IMG/VR virus record: IMGVR_UViG_3300017971_000346
Coordinates: 1 to 53,013 of that record
Direction: 5' to 3' (one strand)
DNA length: 53,013 bases
From: a virus
Taxonomy: Duplodnaviria; Caudoviricetes
Position 1 is the stretch's first letter. Each line of letters begins with the position of its first letter. A program made the position numbers and the translations under genes. Under the pieces are notes generated by a model, which was not told the origin of the DNA, searched no databases, and saw nothing but the letters and a program-made list of their open reading frames with translations. Positions 9,060-17,856 of this stretch are shown here, piece by piece.

Positions 9060-9638
9060 CTACCGTTTTTTTATTATACTTCTGCAATTTGGTATACTGA
9101 TTGAATTTTTGTTACTTTTTATAAAGTCAGCTAAGCACGGAACACTTTCAAAATTCAACTGACTTTTCATCGAATCTTGTACTAACTGCGCTATCTCAAT
9201 TTTTTTTCTATCTGAAACATTCATTCCCTCAAAAATGATATTCCAAAATAAAGCAGAGAGAGCTACAGTAAAATAAGTTTGCTTCGGCGGAAATGCAACT
9301 ACAGATATTTCAGTGACATCGTTATTAACTATAGCTCCACCGATTTCATAAAACGCTAAACGACTATAAAAATAAATATCAAGTTTGGATGGGCCTATAT
9401 TCCCAGATGGATGATTATGGATAAGAAAATCACCCGGGAATATATTTCCAAATGGCAATACCACACTACTTTCCTCACCGTTTGATATTCGTTCTACTTT
9501 ACCAAACTTTTTACCATGTTTTCTTAACCGAAACAAATGCTCACGTTTTTTATTTTCACTGATCAGCCTTCTCATTTTTTTAATTGAGTGCGCGTTAATC
9601 AAATTTTTCAAAACAATATCTCTCCTTTTCTTTGGCAT
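9060..9638 (-). CDS. JAB/MPN (RadC-like) domain protein
   Basis: LIHNHPSGNIGPSKLD matches the HxHxS..PS..D JAB metalloprotease motif. Confidence 0.75.
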   Translation of the reverse strand: MPKKRRDIVLKNLINAHSIKKMRRLISENKKREHLFRLRKHGKKFGKVERISNGEESSVVLPFGNIFPGDFLIHNHPSGNIGPSKLDIYFYSRLAFYEIGGAIVNNDVTEISVVAFPPKQTYFTVALSALFWNIIFEGMNVSDRKKIEIAQLVQDSMKSQLNFESVPCLADFIKSNKNSISIPNCRSIIKKR

Positions 9639-9844
9639 CTTTTACAGATAGATTTTATTGCTGGTTTTTTATGACAGATACAACAAAGCTCCGCTTGGAC
9701 CGATCCTCTTTTTTTGATAAAAAAAACATCCGGGTTGAGTCGGATCAAATCCGGCATGCAATCTGAAAACTGCAATAAGTCCGGGATCAACGTTTTTCGA
9801 TCAACTCCTCGAATAATCACATCATGTAATTTTATAATTTTCAT
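9608..9844 (-). CDS. Hypothetical protein with C-terminal Cys4 zinc-finger motif
   Basis: CCIC...CKRC. Confidence 0.55.
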   Translation of the reverse strand: MKIIKLHDVIIRGVDRKTLIPDLLQFSDCMPDLIRLNPDVFFIKKRGSVQAELCCICHKKPAIKSICKRCQRKGEILF

Positions 9845-11315
9845 CGTTAATTTCTCTGATAATTCTATAAATATATCCTTGACTAACTTTTTTACCTGTG
9901 ATCATTGGGTATAGCTTAAATATCGTAGAAGCATTTAAACCGATATTTTTATAACAATAGGCTATAAAAGGTTTACTTTTTGACTGTACGGATTCGTACA
10001 TATCTTTAAGATTTTTCTTACCTTCGACTGACAAATTCAACTCACCATCCTTTGCGTCGTTCAAAATAGCCAGTCCCTGTTCAATTTGTTTGTTCAAAAG
10101 TTCACTATTTAGTTCACTGTCTTTTGAACTAATTGAACTATTTGGTTCACTATTTCTGTGAACGTTCACTAAATTTTGAACCTGTTGTGAACTAATCTGT
10201 GAACCAGAGTGAACTATACCGTGTTCATTTTGTGAACTTTTTGAACTAGTAGATAAACGTCTCTGTTTACTCTTTTTAATGTCAATAATTTCTGTGTCAT
10301 CCCCTTGATTCAGAATCTTAAGGATTTGTTCCATATTTCCGGTAAGATTAGATAACTTTTCATACGTTTGTTTATTCTTAATATCTAATCTGGTAGATAT
10401 AATATCTTCAACTCTGCTTTCTAGGTAACGATTAGACATATCTGAATGTTCTATGCTATCGGTAACGGCACCTAGAATTGAATTTTCAAACAGAGAGTTA
10501 AGACGTAAGATGATGACATAAATATTTCTGATAGCCCAAAAGTAAACCGAAATATAAACCAATATTTCAAGTAGGAACCCTAGAATAAAGTTTGAAAATT
10601 TGATAGATACATTAATTCCAATTGATCCTATAATTGATCTAATGGTGTTGTCCAGGAAGAATGTTTCCGTGTTTCCGTCGTTAACTGCGTCGATTTTTTT
10701 GTTGGAAGTACTTTCCATTTTTTCGGTTAATTCTTTATTTCTATTTGTTAATTTATCAATATCCGCTTGAAACTGATCTTGTTTGTTGTGGAATCTAGTA
10801 GCTGACAATTTTTCGTTTAATACTTCGATGGTCTTATTATTTATTTTTATTTCATCTGCATAGACTTCTGATAATCCGGATGCTTCAGTATATTTTGTCG
10901 AAGTTTTTGCAATCTCATAAGCTCTGATACCCAACTCACTGTGAGAGGCAAATAAAGAAAATAGTAAAGAAATCGCATAAGAGACAATAGCATAATTTAG
11001 TAGTCCTTTACGGCCAAACTTTAATTTAATCTGTTTTTTACTGTCGATGAGTTCCTTAGAATCATACGCATAACTAAAAACTACTAACAAGATTATAGAC
11101 AATGTTTTTATTAAGTCAATTGCTGCTCCTAAAGGTACGGCAAATAATAAAGTATTTAACCACCAATCGATGGTCCAAGCAAAGTGCCCAGATAACCACT
11201 TTATTACTAATTTCATCGTTAAAAACATTGATACAATCGCTAATGAATAAGATAGGAAAGTATCTAGCCACTTTATCTTCGGTTGCTTTAATATATTTTT
11301 TTCATTCATGATCAA
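9822..11315 (-). CDS. Membrane-anchored coiled-coil protein with C-terminal putative HTH
   Basis: About 3 N-terminal TM segments, a coiled coil, another TM (~aa 240-270), a Ser/Asn-rich linker, and C-terminal GLNASTIFKL...KVSQGYIYRII resembling an HTH. Confidence 0.7.
   Translation of the reverse strand: MIMNEKNILKQPKIKWLDTFLSYSLAIVSMFLTMKLVIKWLSGHFAWTIDWWLNTLLFAVPLGAAIDLIKTLSIILLVVFSYAYDSKELIDSKKQIKLKFGRKGLLNYAIVSYAISLLFSLFASHSELGIRAYEIAKTSTKYTEASGLSEVYADEIKINNKTIEVLNEKLSATRFHNKQDQFQADIDKLTNRNKELTEKMESTSNKKIDAVNDGNTETFFLDNTIRSIIGSIGINVSIKFSNFILGFLLEILVYISVYFWAIRNIYVIILRLNSLFENSILGAVTDSIEHSDMSNRYLESRVEDIISTRLDIKNKQTYEKLSNLTGNMEQILKILNQGDDTEIIDIKKSKQRRLSTSSKSSQNEHGIVHSGSQISSQQVQNLVNVHRNSEPNSSISSKDSELNSELLNKQIEQGLAILNDAKDGELNLSVEGKKNLKDMYESVQSKSKPFIAYCYKNIGLNASTIFKLYPMITGKKVSQGYIYRIIREINDENYKIT
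10059..10246. repeat. Array of 17 TGAAC/GTTCA pentamers in both orientations
   Basis: Copies at 10059, 10079, 10092, 10100, 10112, 10125, 10134, 10145, 10159, 10164, 10177, 10188, 10200, 10210, 10223, 10233 and 10242. Confidence 0.9.
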
Positions 11316-11586
11316 ACAATCCTTGATATACTTTTATTATAATTCCTAATTCTTTTAATGAGAATGACTTTTCATATAACTTTTTTACCGCATCATGTTC
11401 TTTGAAAATATCGTTTTCCGTATAGTCTTTGATAACTAAATTAACTTTATATCGTATTTGTTGGTAATTTGGGAAAGAAATATCAATTGTACGCGCGTAT
11501 TTAACAAAATACGATAAATTAATAACAGTTAATTTACATAGATAAAAAAATTTCAATAGAATTAACTCTGATTCTGATGGGTTCAT
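11302..11586 (-). CDS. Hypothetical protein
   Basis: Overlaps neighbours in an operon. Confidence 0.55.
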   Translation of the reverse strand: MNPSESELILLKFFYLCKLTVINLSYFVKYARTIDISFPNYQQIRYKVNLVIKDYTENDIFKEHDAVKKLYEKSFSLKELGIIIKVYQGLFDHE

Positions 11587-12071
11587 AATTTTAGACCTTT
11601 CATTGCATTACTTCTGTAATCATTGTAGAAAAAAGTAGAAAAATTATCTTTTGTTTTTACACATACGCCAAAATAAATACCTTCATTACAACTTTTAAAT
11701 TCAAAATTCCAGGAAAAGAATAAACGGCAATAGTAGTCTATCCGTTTGTATTGAGGATGGTTATCACTATGGATTAGAAATGATTTGCAAGTTAAATTGC
11801 TTTGCAATTGGCTATTTTCGATGAATTTGATCCGTACAATACGGATTACTTTTCTATTAACTGTAAGGACTTTGCTAAGTTCAACAATGGCATTTTTGTG
11901 AGTAGGGAATAGATGACCGTTTACTACTTTTACCCTAAAAATACTAGGGTATTTCGCCTGTTTAAATGTGTAAATCGGATGTTTTTTTTGTAATTTTTGA
12001 TCTAATTCTAATAGTTCAAAAAAATCTGAATCAACTTCGACTAGTTTGTACTCATTAATTTTTTTCTTCAT
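11583..12071 (-). CDS. Hypothetical protein
   Basis: Operon context. Confidence 0.6.
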   Translation of the reverse strand: MKKKINEYKLVEVDSDFFELLELDQKLQKKHPIYTFKQAKYPSIFRVKVVNGHLFPTHKNAIVELSKVLTVNRKVIRIVRIKFIENSQLQSNLTCKSFLIHSDNHPQYKRIDYYCRLFFSWNFEFKSCNEGIYFGVCVKTKDNFSTFFYNDYRSNAMKGLKL

Positions 12072-12073
12072 TC

Positions 12074-12367
12074 TTAGCCTTTCAATAGATTAAATTTGAT
12101 TATTTGATATAAATTAAACTTGATTCGTTTTCCTTCTAAAACAACAAAATCTACAAATTCTATATTTACCGTTCTAAAATTACCTATAATCCGATCAATA
12201 ACTATCATCCGGCAAGGATTTTCCCAACGATAACAATATCCGTTTTCGTTTATCCCGTGCAAAATCCGCGTAGTTCCATTTAATCTTTTATATTGAACGG
12301 TATAATTTTTCGATTTAACTTTATATTTGAAGAAATTTATGATAGCTTTTGTTTTTGTGGGTGTCAT
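12074..12367 (-). CDS. Sm-like/SH3 beta-barrel (WYL_2/DUF2693-like) protein
   Basis: YTVQYKRLNGTTR.LHG...IVID....FRTVNI pattern. Confidence 0.55.
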   Translation of the reverse strand: MTPTKTKAIINFFKYKVKSKNYTVQYKRLNGTTRILHGINENGYCYRWENPCRMIVIDRIIGNFRTVNIEFVDFVVLEGKRIKFNLYQIIKFNLLKG

Positions 12368-12423
12368 TGTAAAGGCCCCTATTTAGCAGGAAGTAGATTG
12401 TATTTAATTAATTCTATACTATT

Positions 12424-12473
12424 AATATATGAATTAAAAATACAAAAGTCAAGTGGTTTTTCAATTATTTTTT
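12424..12473 (-). promoter_or_regulatory. Early sigma70 promoter with A-rich UP element
   Basis: TTGACT(12452-12447)-17nt-TATATT(12429-12424), preceded by AAAAATAATTGAAAAACCAC. Confidence 0.8.
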
Positions 12474-12477
12474 AATC

Positions 12478-12834
12478 TTAAGACCACATTTGGACCTTAT
12501 TAATATCGACTTCTTTTATCATTCCGAAGTAATATGTTTTGAAATTAATGATTTTTGCGCCCAGAGCGATACCTAGAAAATTACCGCGTACATACTTAAT
12601 TGATAAAATTTCCCCACATATTATATCTTTCGAGTGGTATTTTGCCGTTTTGCCGGTGCCCAATACCCGGATTTTGAAACCTTTTCTTTTAAGTTTCTCG
12701 CGAATATGTTTGCCCATTGTTTTAATTTTTTCGTTTTCTAAAATTTCTTGGATAATGGCGATATTCTCATCATATTGTTTCTTAGTATTGATTATTTCTA
12801 ATTTACCGGGATCGTCCAAATCTTTAGGTTTCAT
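12478..12834 (-). CDS. Hypothetical protein, paralog family copy 1
   Basis: Aligns by eye with 13315-13650 and 17054-17416. Confidence 0.75.
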   Translation of the reverse strand: MKPKDLDDPGKLEIINTKKQYDENIAIIQEILENEKIKTMGKHIREKLKRKGFKIRVLGTGKTAKYHSKDIICGEILSIKYVRGNFLGIALGAKIINFKTYYFGMIKEVDINKVQMWS

Positions 12835-12853
12835 TTAATTTTTACCTCGTATG

Positions 12854-13315
12854 TTAAAGTTCAATTTTGATGTTATGTTTGTTGGCTAAAAAAGTGAATT
12901 GATCTAATAAATTAAACTCCTCAAATATTAATTTTTCTGCTAATTGACTGACTGTGAATAATTGTCCATCCTTCCTTATTGTATAATCTCTGTTATACCA
13001 TTCTCTCGCTATAACTGCCAACGTAAAATCAAATTCAGGATCGTTTATATATTTTTGAAAAGCACTCATGAAATTAATGTTACCGTCATACGCAGTGCTT
13101 TGATAGAACGGCAATACATATTCCCGCATTAATATATTATCGGATGGATAGTATAGATATTTTAGATCGTAGTCCGTAAAGACAAAAATTCGCCCGTCCC
13201 AATTTTTAGAAAGAAATACTGAAGATGCCTGATACGGACTACTTACAAGTTTAAAATAAAATTGCCTGATATAGCGTAATTTTATATAATTTGTATCCAT
13301 AGTTAATCTCTCCAC
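12854..13315 (-). CDS. Hypothetical protein
   Basis: Operon context. Confidence 0.6.
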   Translation of the reverse strand: MERLTMDTNYIKLRYIRQFYFKLVSSPYQASSVFLSKNWDGRIFVFTDYDLKYLYYPSDNILMREYVLPFYQSTAYDGNINFMSAFQKYINDPEFDFTLAVIAREWYNRDYTIRKDGQLFTVSQLAEKLIFEEFNLLDQFTFLANKHNIKIEL

Positions 13316-13650
13316 TAGGAAGGCGTTAAAAGATTCCCGTTATCATCTTTTATTTTTACTTGCTTTACGAATCCATAATAAAACTGACCTCTTTTGACTG
13401 AAACGTTACTGATTCCAACGCCAACAAACCATCCATTCGCATATTTGTAACTTGAAATGTGGCGATCTATCAATTGCTTTGAACTGGTCCGTGAGGAGTG
13501 CCCGGAACCTAAACAGACCAAAGTAAAGCCATGTTTTTCTAAACGTTCTTGTATGCGTTTACCAACATACTTAACATCAGGATCGTTAATTATTTTGTTT
13601 AGAATAGTCAGATTCCATAGGTAATCCTGAATAGTTGTGATTGTTTTCAT
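13315..13650 (-). CDS. Hypothetical protein, paralog family copy 2
   Basis: GF..V.LGSG....SKQLI......KYANG.FVGVGIS motif. Confidence 0.75.
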   Translation of the reverse strand: MKTITTIQDYLWNLTILNKIINDPDVKYVGKRIQERLEKHGFTLVCLGSGHSSRTSSKQLIDRHISSYKYANGWFVGVGISNVSVKRGQFYYGFVKQVKIKDDNGNLLTPS

Positions 13651-13664
13651 CGTCCCTACTCCTT

Positions 13665-13883
13665 TTACAGTGATTTCAAGTTAATTTGATACTTATCTTT
13701 GACATTTTTTTGATCTACCTCTGACATTTCAATGATAGCACTGAAAACAGCGATTAGTTCAAACGGAATGCAGATGAAATCTTTTTCGGTTTTAAGATAA
13801 ATAGTTTTTTGTTTAAGATCAATTTTATATGTACCGGTCGATCTATCCGCTATTTTAATCTCAATATTATTGAAGTTAGCCAT
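13665..13883 (-). CDS. Hypothetical protein
   Basis: GAGAGGG SD. Confidence 0.6.
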   Translation of the reverse strand: MANFNNIEIKIADRSTGTYKIDLKQKTIYLKTEKDFICIPFELIAVFSAIIEMSEVDQKNVKDKYQINLKSL

Positions 13884-14028
13884 AAAAAAACCCTCTCATT
13901 TAGCTCGTAAGACATTATTATTTAGTTTATTGTGTAATATGGTTATGTCCGATGTATTTTGATTATTCTGTCGATTATATAACCTTCATAATTAGTTTTT
14001 TGATAAAAAGAAAGCTCCTTTTAGACAG

Positions 14029-15240
14029 TTAACATCTATTGTTTTCTCCTTTCAATTCTTTTAGCTTGCAACGGCTTAAATAGGTACATTTTTGATTTTT
14101 GTATATTTCGTGTTTTTTGACAATTCCGGTTATCTCAAAAAATAATCCGGTTTGGTAATAATTCGTATAATCCATTTCAGCGGATTCAAATACAGATACC
14201 CATGATTTCGATGAAAACCACTTTAATATATTACCTTCAGAATCAGTGAACGTTAATAGATGTAATATGCAATACCTGGCTTCAAATGAAAAAGAATTAA
14301 CTAGTCTAACAGTGCCTGTATAACGTTTTTCAAGTTCGCCAACATATTCAGAAGTTTTCGGAACAGTATCTTGGAAATCTGTTAATGTCTTTTTTTCATA
14401 TTCCTTTCGTTTTATTTTTAAATAACTGTTTACCATCTCGGCAATATATCCCAACTCACTATGTTTGACAAAATTTTTTAATACTAATGTTTTGGCGTTA
14501 ACTAAGAAATCACTGGTTTCTTCACAATTTTGATAGTATTTAATGCAGTCCTTTGCTGAAATTTTACAAACATTCCAATACTCTTCATTTACATTAATTA
14601 CTTTTGGGCTATGGTAAGAATTTAACGCGATATTTTTTGTACTATCCTTTCCGCTTTTTGAAGGAAGGAATCCGAAATATTTGATTGAAACGACACAACA
14701 GGTCACATAATCAAATAAATAATAAGTAAAATCACGGCTTTTTGTCTTTATAGAATTTCTTTCAAAATCGCAGTCTATAAAATCAGATATTTTATTTATA
14801 TAGTTTATTACTACCTGTAAATCACATTCAAAAAATTTATTAATACATGAATTTTCAACTTGAATGAATTTATTAGTTTCTGTGTTTTTTAGAATGAATG
14901 TTACATTCCTGAAGTGGTTTACTTTGCAATGCTCACATACAAGTTTATTATGCAGATAACGATCTATAACGCCGACCTTAGAAAATAAAAGATTACGTTT
15001 TTTATCGTGTTCAATTTTAGCGATAAATTCGTAACTTTTGACCGGCGGAATCTCGGCTAATTCAACGGATATATTATAATGTCGATTTTTTTTGTTTGCA
15101 TTTGTGAGAAGGCCAAACTTGCTTGTGATCAACCATTCCGGTTCCTGTATTCTATGTATTTCACAATATTCTAATAATTCCCTGAAAGAAGCACGGAATA
15201 AATCTAACTTACTTTCTGGCACTACTTTTTTTATAATCAT
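14029..15240 (-). CDS. Conserved phage protein with CxxC motif and C-terminal OB-fold-like region
   Basis: CEHC..NHFRN; SEYVGELEKR...TDSEGNILKWFSS...GIVKKHEIYKNQKCTYLSRC. Confidence 0.65.
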   Translation of the reverse strand: MIIKKVVPESKLDLFRASFRELLEYCEIHRIQEPEWLITSKFGLLTNANKKNRHYNISVELAEIPPVKSYEFIAKIEHDKKRNLLFSKVGVIDRYLHNKLVCEHCKVNHFRNVTFILKNTETNKFIQVENSCINKFFECDLQVVINYINKISDFIDCDFERNSIKTKSRDFTYYLFDYVTCCVVSIKYFGFLPSKSGKDSTKNIALNSYHSPKVINVNEEYWNVCKISAKDCIKYYQNCEETSDFLVNAKTLVLKNFVKHSELGYIAEMVNSYLKIKRKEYEKKTLTDFQDTVPKTSEYVGELEKRYTGTVRLVNSFSFEARYCILHLLTFTDSEGNILKWFSSKSWVSVFESAEMDYTNYYQTGLFFEITGIVKKHEIYKNQKCTYLSRCKLKELKGENNRC

Positions 15241-15256
15241 TTTAATACCTTTGATT

Positions 15257-15288
15257 AAAAAATTAAGCCGGAGCGGTTAAACTCCGGC
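15257..15288 (-). terminator. Rho-independent terminator
   Basis: GCCGGAG-TTTAACCG-CTCCGGC followed by TTAATTTTTT. Confidence 0.6.
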
Positions 15289-15297
15289 ATCATCATT

Positions 15298-15576
15298 CTA
15301 TTGATAATCTTCGCTAACAATAGCTATCACAACTGTTATGCTATCAATATTTGGCTGAATTTCAACCAAGTCATACCCGTTGGCAATCTTCATAATGTCA
15401 TTAACAGAGTCGAGTTCCATAGTTTGAGTGCTAAAAAATAAATAATATTCTGTTTTGCTGTTTGGTATTGGCCAAACATTAGTAAAATTTACTTTGCCTA
15501 TTTCAAAAAAATAATGGTCCTTTAGGTGAGAGTAGAAACTGTTGATTTCTTCGGGATTAAGATTATAATTCATCAT
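15298..15576 (-). CDS. Hypothetical early protein
   Basis: AGGAG SD, directly behind a promoter. Confidence 0.65.
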   Translation of the reverse strand: MMNYNLNPEEINSFYSHLKDHYFFEIGKVNFTNVWPIPNSKTEYYLFFSTQTMELDSVNDIMKIANGYDLVEIQPNIDSITVVIAIVSEDYQ

Positions 15577-15622
15577 GATAAAGCTCCTGTGTTAGGTTAT
15601 ATTTTAATTAATCAACTATCAT

Positions 15623-15670
15623 AAGATACAAAATAAATCAGTAAAAGTCAAGTGTTTTTTCAATTATTTT
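15623..15670 (-). promoter_or_regulatory. Early sigma70 promoter
   Basis: TTGACT(15651-15646)-17nt-TATCTT(15628-15623), with the same UP motif as 12424. Confidence 0.8.
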
Positions 15671-15741
15671 TGAAATTTATTGGAGTTTGGTAAATCCGAT
15701 AATCCGCTGTAAATGTCCTCTGGAAGGACCGTAATGCGAAC

Positions 15742-16125
15742 TCATTCCCCCCAAATTATCGAAATTTCGGTTAATCCGTTACTTCTAAACCATGATTCAT
15801 ATAAATCTACAAATTCACCTTCATTTATACAGGTTTGGATCATCTTTTCGAGGGTGAAAGAACGGAAAGGTTCAAAAATCTCTAAATACCGGTTATTTTC
15901 ACCGTCCCACTCACACCAGTTATCCGCATATTCAGTATCCGGGTTTACATTGCCTAAACCTTTAGCAGTTACTTGCATTAACAAATTTTCAGGTTCATTT
16001 TTAAAATAAGAATTTTGAGACATAGTTGTGATTTCTCTGTCTTTCCATACATTAATCTTTTCGCCAAACTTACAGAAAACATAGAAATAATGTACGTCTT
16101 TTAAAATTGATTCTTTAATTTTCAT
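15742..16125 (-). CDS. Hypothetical early protein (start re-called to 16125)
   Basis: GGAG SD ahead of MKIKESIL. Confidence 0.6.
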   Translation of the reverse strand: MKIKESILKDVHYFYVFCKFGEKINVWKDREITTMSQNSYFKNEPENLLMQVTAKGLGNVNPDTEYADNWCEWDGENNRYLEIFEPFRSFTLEKMIQTCINEGEFVDLYESWFRSNGLTEISIIWGE

Positions 16126-16140
16126 TTTAACACTCCAATT

Positions 16141-16209
16141 AAATAACAGCATCCTACAAATTTGGGTAAATTTAATCCTGTTAAACTAACAGTTAGGATG
16201 CTGCTATTT
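16141..16209 (-). ncRNA. Candidate structured RNA element (three-way junction)
   Basis: 16-bp closing stem with a single G.U pair on the minus strand, enclosing two small hairpins. Confidence 0.45.
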
Positions 16210-16260
16210 GTCATTATTTGAATTTCCGTTGTTTACTTTAAATTTTAGTTATTTTTAATC

Positions 16261-17067
16261 TTAAGGATGGACTTTAAATTTATCTGTAATTGCTAATTCG
16301 ACAACAGAATTCCACAACTCACAGTTAAATTTTAGCCTTTTATCGATATTCGTTACCTCCCTTGCACGCATTAAACGTCCAGTATTTTTCGCATTATACG
16401 AAAATCCCCCTTTTATGAAGTTTTCTTGAATTACATTGTATGTTGTCCATAGATCAGGCGCGTTATCATAAACACGTCTAGAAATAAGAAGATGCCCGGG
16501 AATGTAAGGAAATTCTGACTCGGAACCGTATACAGAAAGCATCGCGGCTTTGGCTAAATAATTTTTTTTTATACGATCCGTATAATAATTTTTCATCGTA
16601 TAGATTAGATCGCCAATTTTATTGATAGAATCGGATAGCTTAACATTAATATCTTCAATAACCTGTTCTTGGTCATCAGCATGCTTTATGATGCTTTCGA
16701 AAAACGAATCACCGAATATTAAATTATTGGAACATATACCCCTAAAATAACCAAAATTGACCTTTAAAAAACGAGTGTGATCATATAGATTTGTGAAAAT
16801 CAATTCTATATAATCACCATTTGGGAATCTGAATTTTTCATTTCGAAGTCGTACGGTATGCTTTTCATATCCCTTTAATAATATGTTACGTTTACTTTGG
16901 CAAATTAAGTCGCTAATATGCCAACCTGATAATAGGAATGGTGTGATCGCCTCGATAGTCGGAACTGGCTTGTTATAACTATTGGCGTAATAGGAGCTTT
17001 GTGTTTGAAATAAAATTGGAAATTCATTTCGTAAGTACAATTCCAACTCAAAACTAACTTTTTTCAT
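16261..17067 (-). CDS. DUF932 (DUF945) family protein
   Basis: PVPTIEAI..L...GW, KHTVRLR, ELIFTN.YD, GYFRGICSNNLI, RRVYD.APDLWTTYNVIQENFIKGG. Confidence 0.85.
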   Translation of the reverse strand: MKKVSFELELYLRNEFPILFQTQSSYYANSYNKPVPTIEAITPFLLSGWHISDLICQSKRNILLKGYEKHTVRLRNEKFRFPNGDYIELIFTNLYDHTRFLKVNFGYFRGICSNNLIFGDSFFESIIKHADDQEQVIEDINVKLSDSINKIGDLIYTMKNYYTDRIKKNYLAKAAMLSVYGSESEFPYIPGHLLISRRVYDNAPDLWTTYNVIQENFIKGGFSYNAKNTGRLMRAREVTNIDKRLKFNCELWNSVVELAITDKFKVHP

Positions 17068-17416
17068 AGTTTTTCTCCTCTATGGCTTTTTGGACTACTG
17101 AATCAAAATTAAAATACAACTCAACTTTTTTTACTATTCCCCTGTAAATCAATCCGCTACCTGTTGAGCGTGCGGATATGCCTACTCCAACGTAATAACC
17201 ATTTGCGTAGTTTGTTGTTTTGAATTGGCGGTTAATAAGCTCCTTTGATCTTGTATAGCTTTTCTTTTCTGAGCCAAGCTCTATCATCTCAAACCCTTCA
17301 TCAAATAAAGACTGTTTAATGTCTTTTGAGATACTTTTTATTTCAGGATTTCTAATGATATTTAGAATAAAATAAATTGATTTCTCTAAATCTTCTTTTG
17401 TTCTTATTGATTGCAT
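17054..17416 (-). CDS. Hypothetical protein, paralog family copy 3
   Basis: GFEMIELGS....RSKELI....NYANGYYVGVGIS. Confidence 0.75.
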   Translation of the reverse strand: MQSIRTKEDLEKSIYFILNIIRNPEIKSISKDIKQSLFDEGFEMIELGSEKKSYTRSKELINRQFKTTNYANGYYVGVGISARSTGSGLIYRGIVKKVELYFNFDSVVQKAIEEKNYEKS

Positions 17417-17425
17417 AGTTCACCT

Positions 17426-17683
17426 TTATATTTTAGTTATGCCGATAAAAAAATGGTACATTATGTATAGTGCAGTACCAACAAAAACCCAGAAAATAAC
17501 CGGGTTTACGGTTTTTTTCGATGAATCTGCTTTTTTAACATGATCTGATTTCTTTATTGATTTTAATTCAGATAGGGATTTAAACTGTAAATATCCGGGT
17601 TCGGTTATCTTGATTTTTTGGAGCGGTTTGCCGGGTATTTTTATTCCAATAATCGTGTGTCCAGGGACTTTCATTTTTTTCAT
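17426..17683 (-). CDS. Small protein with C-terminal TM
   Basis: AAGGAG SD, first gene after a promoter, hydrophobic C-terminus. Confidence 0.65.
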   Translation of the reverse strand: MKKMKVPGHTIIGIKIPGKPLQKIKITEPGYLQFKSLSELKSIKKSDHVKKADSSKKTVNPVIFWVFVGTALYIMYHFFIGITKI

Positions 17684-17723
17684 AATTCATTTCTCCTTAT
17701 ATTAATGTTTCTGATGACTATAT

Positions 17724-17775
17724 AAGATAATCATAATAATCCAATAATGCAAGGGTTTTTTCAACTTTATTTGAA
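17724..17775 (-). promoter_or_regulatory. Early sigma70 promoter
   Basis: TTGCAT(17752-17747)-17nt-TATCTT(17729-17724), with the UP motif. Confidence 0.8.
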
Positions 17776-17820
17776 ATTACGCTGTTTTATTGAAAGTAAC
17801 AAGGTTGCTAGATTTTGAAT

Positions 17821-17856
17821 AAAAAAAACCCCTTGCAAAGTTAATCACAAGGGGAT
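17821..17856 (-). terminator. Rho-independent terminator after the methyltransferase
   Basis: CCCCUUG...CAAGGGG stem followed by a U run. Confidence 0.7.

Noticed and set aside
10059-10246. TGAAC arrays as a CRISPR array
   Set aside because: The repeat unit is only 5-6 bp, in mixed orientation, with no 25-40 bp repeats or spacers. The PD-(D/E)XK nuclease is in a recombination operon, not a cas locus.
13884-14035. Possible small pseudogene in the gap after 14029-15240
   Set aside because: ATG 14035 is followed by a stop at codon 5 and the remaining frame is only ~25 codons; insufficient support.
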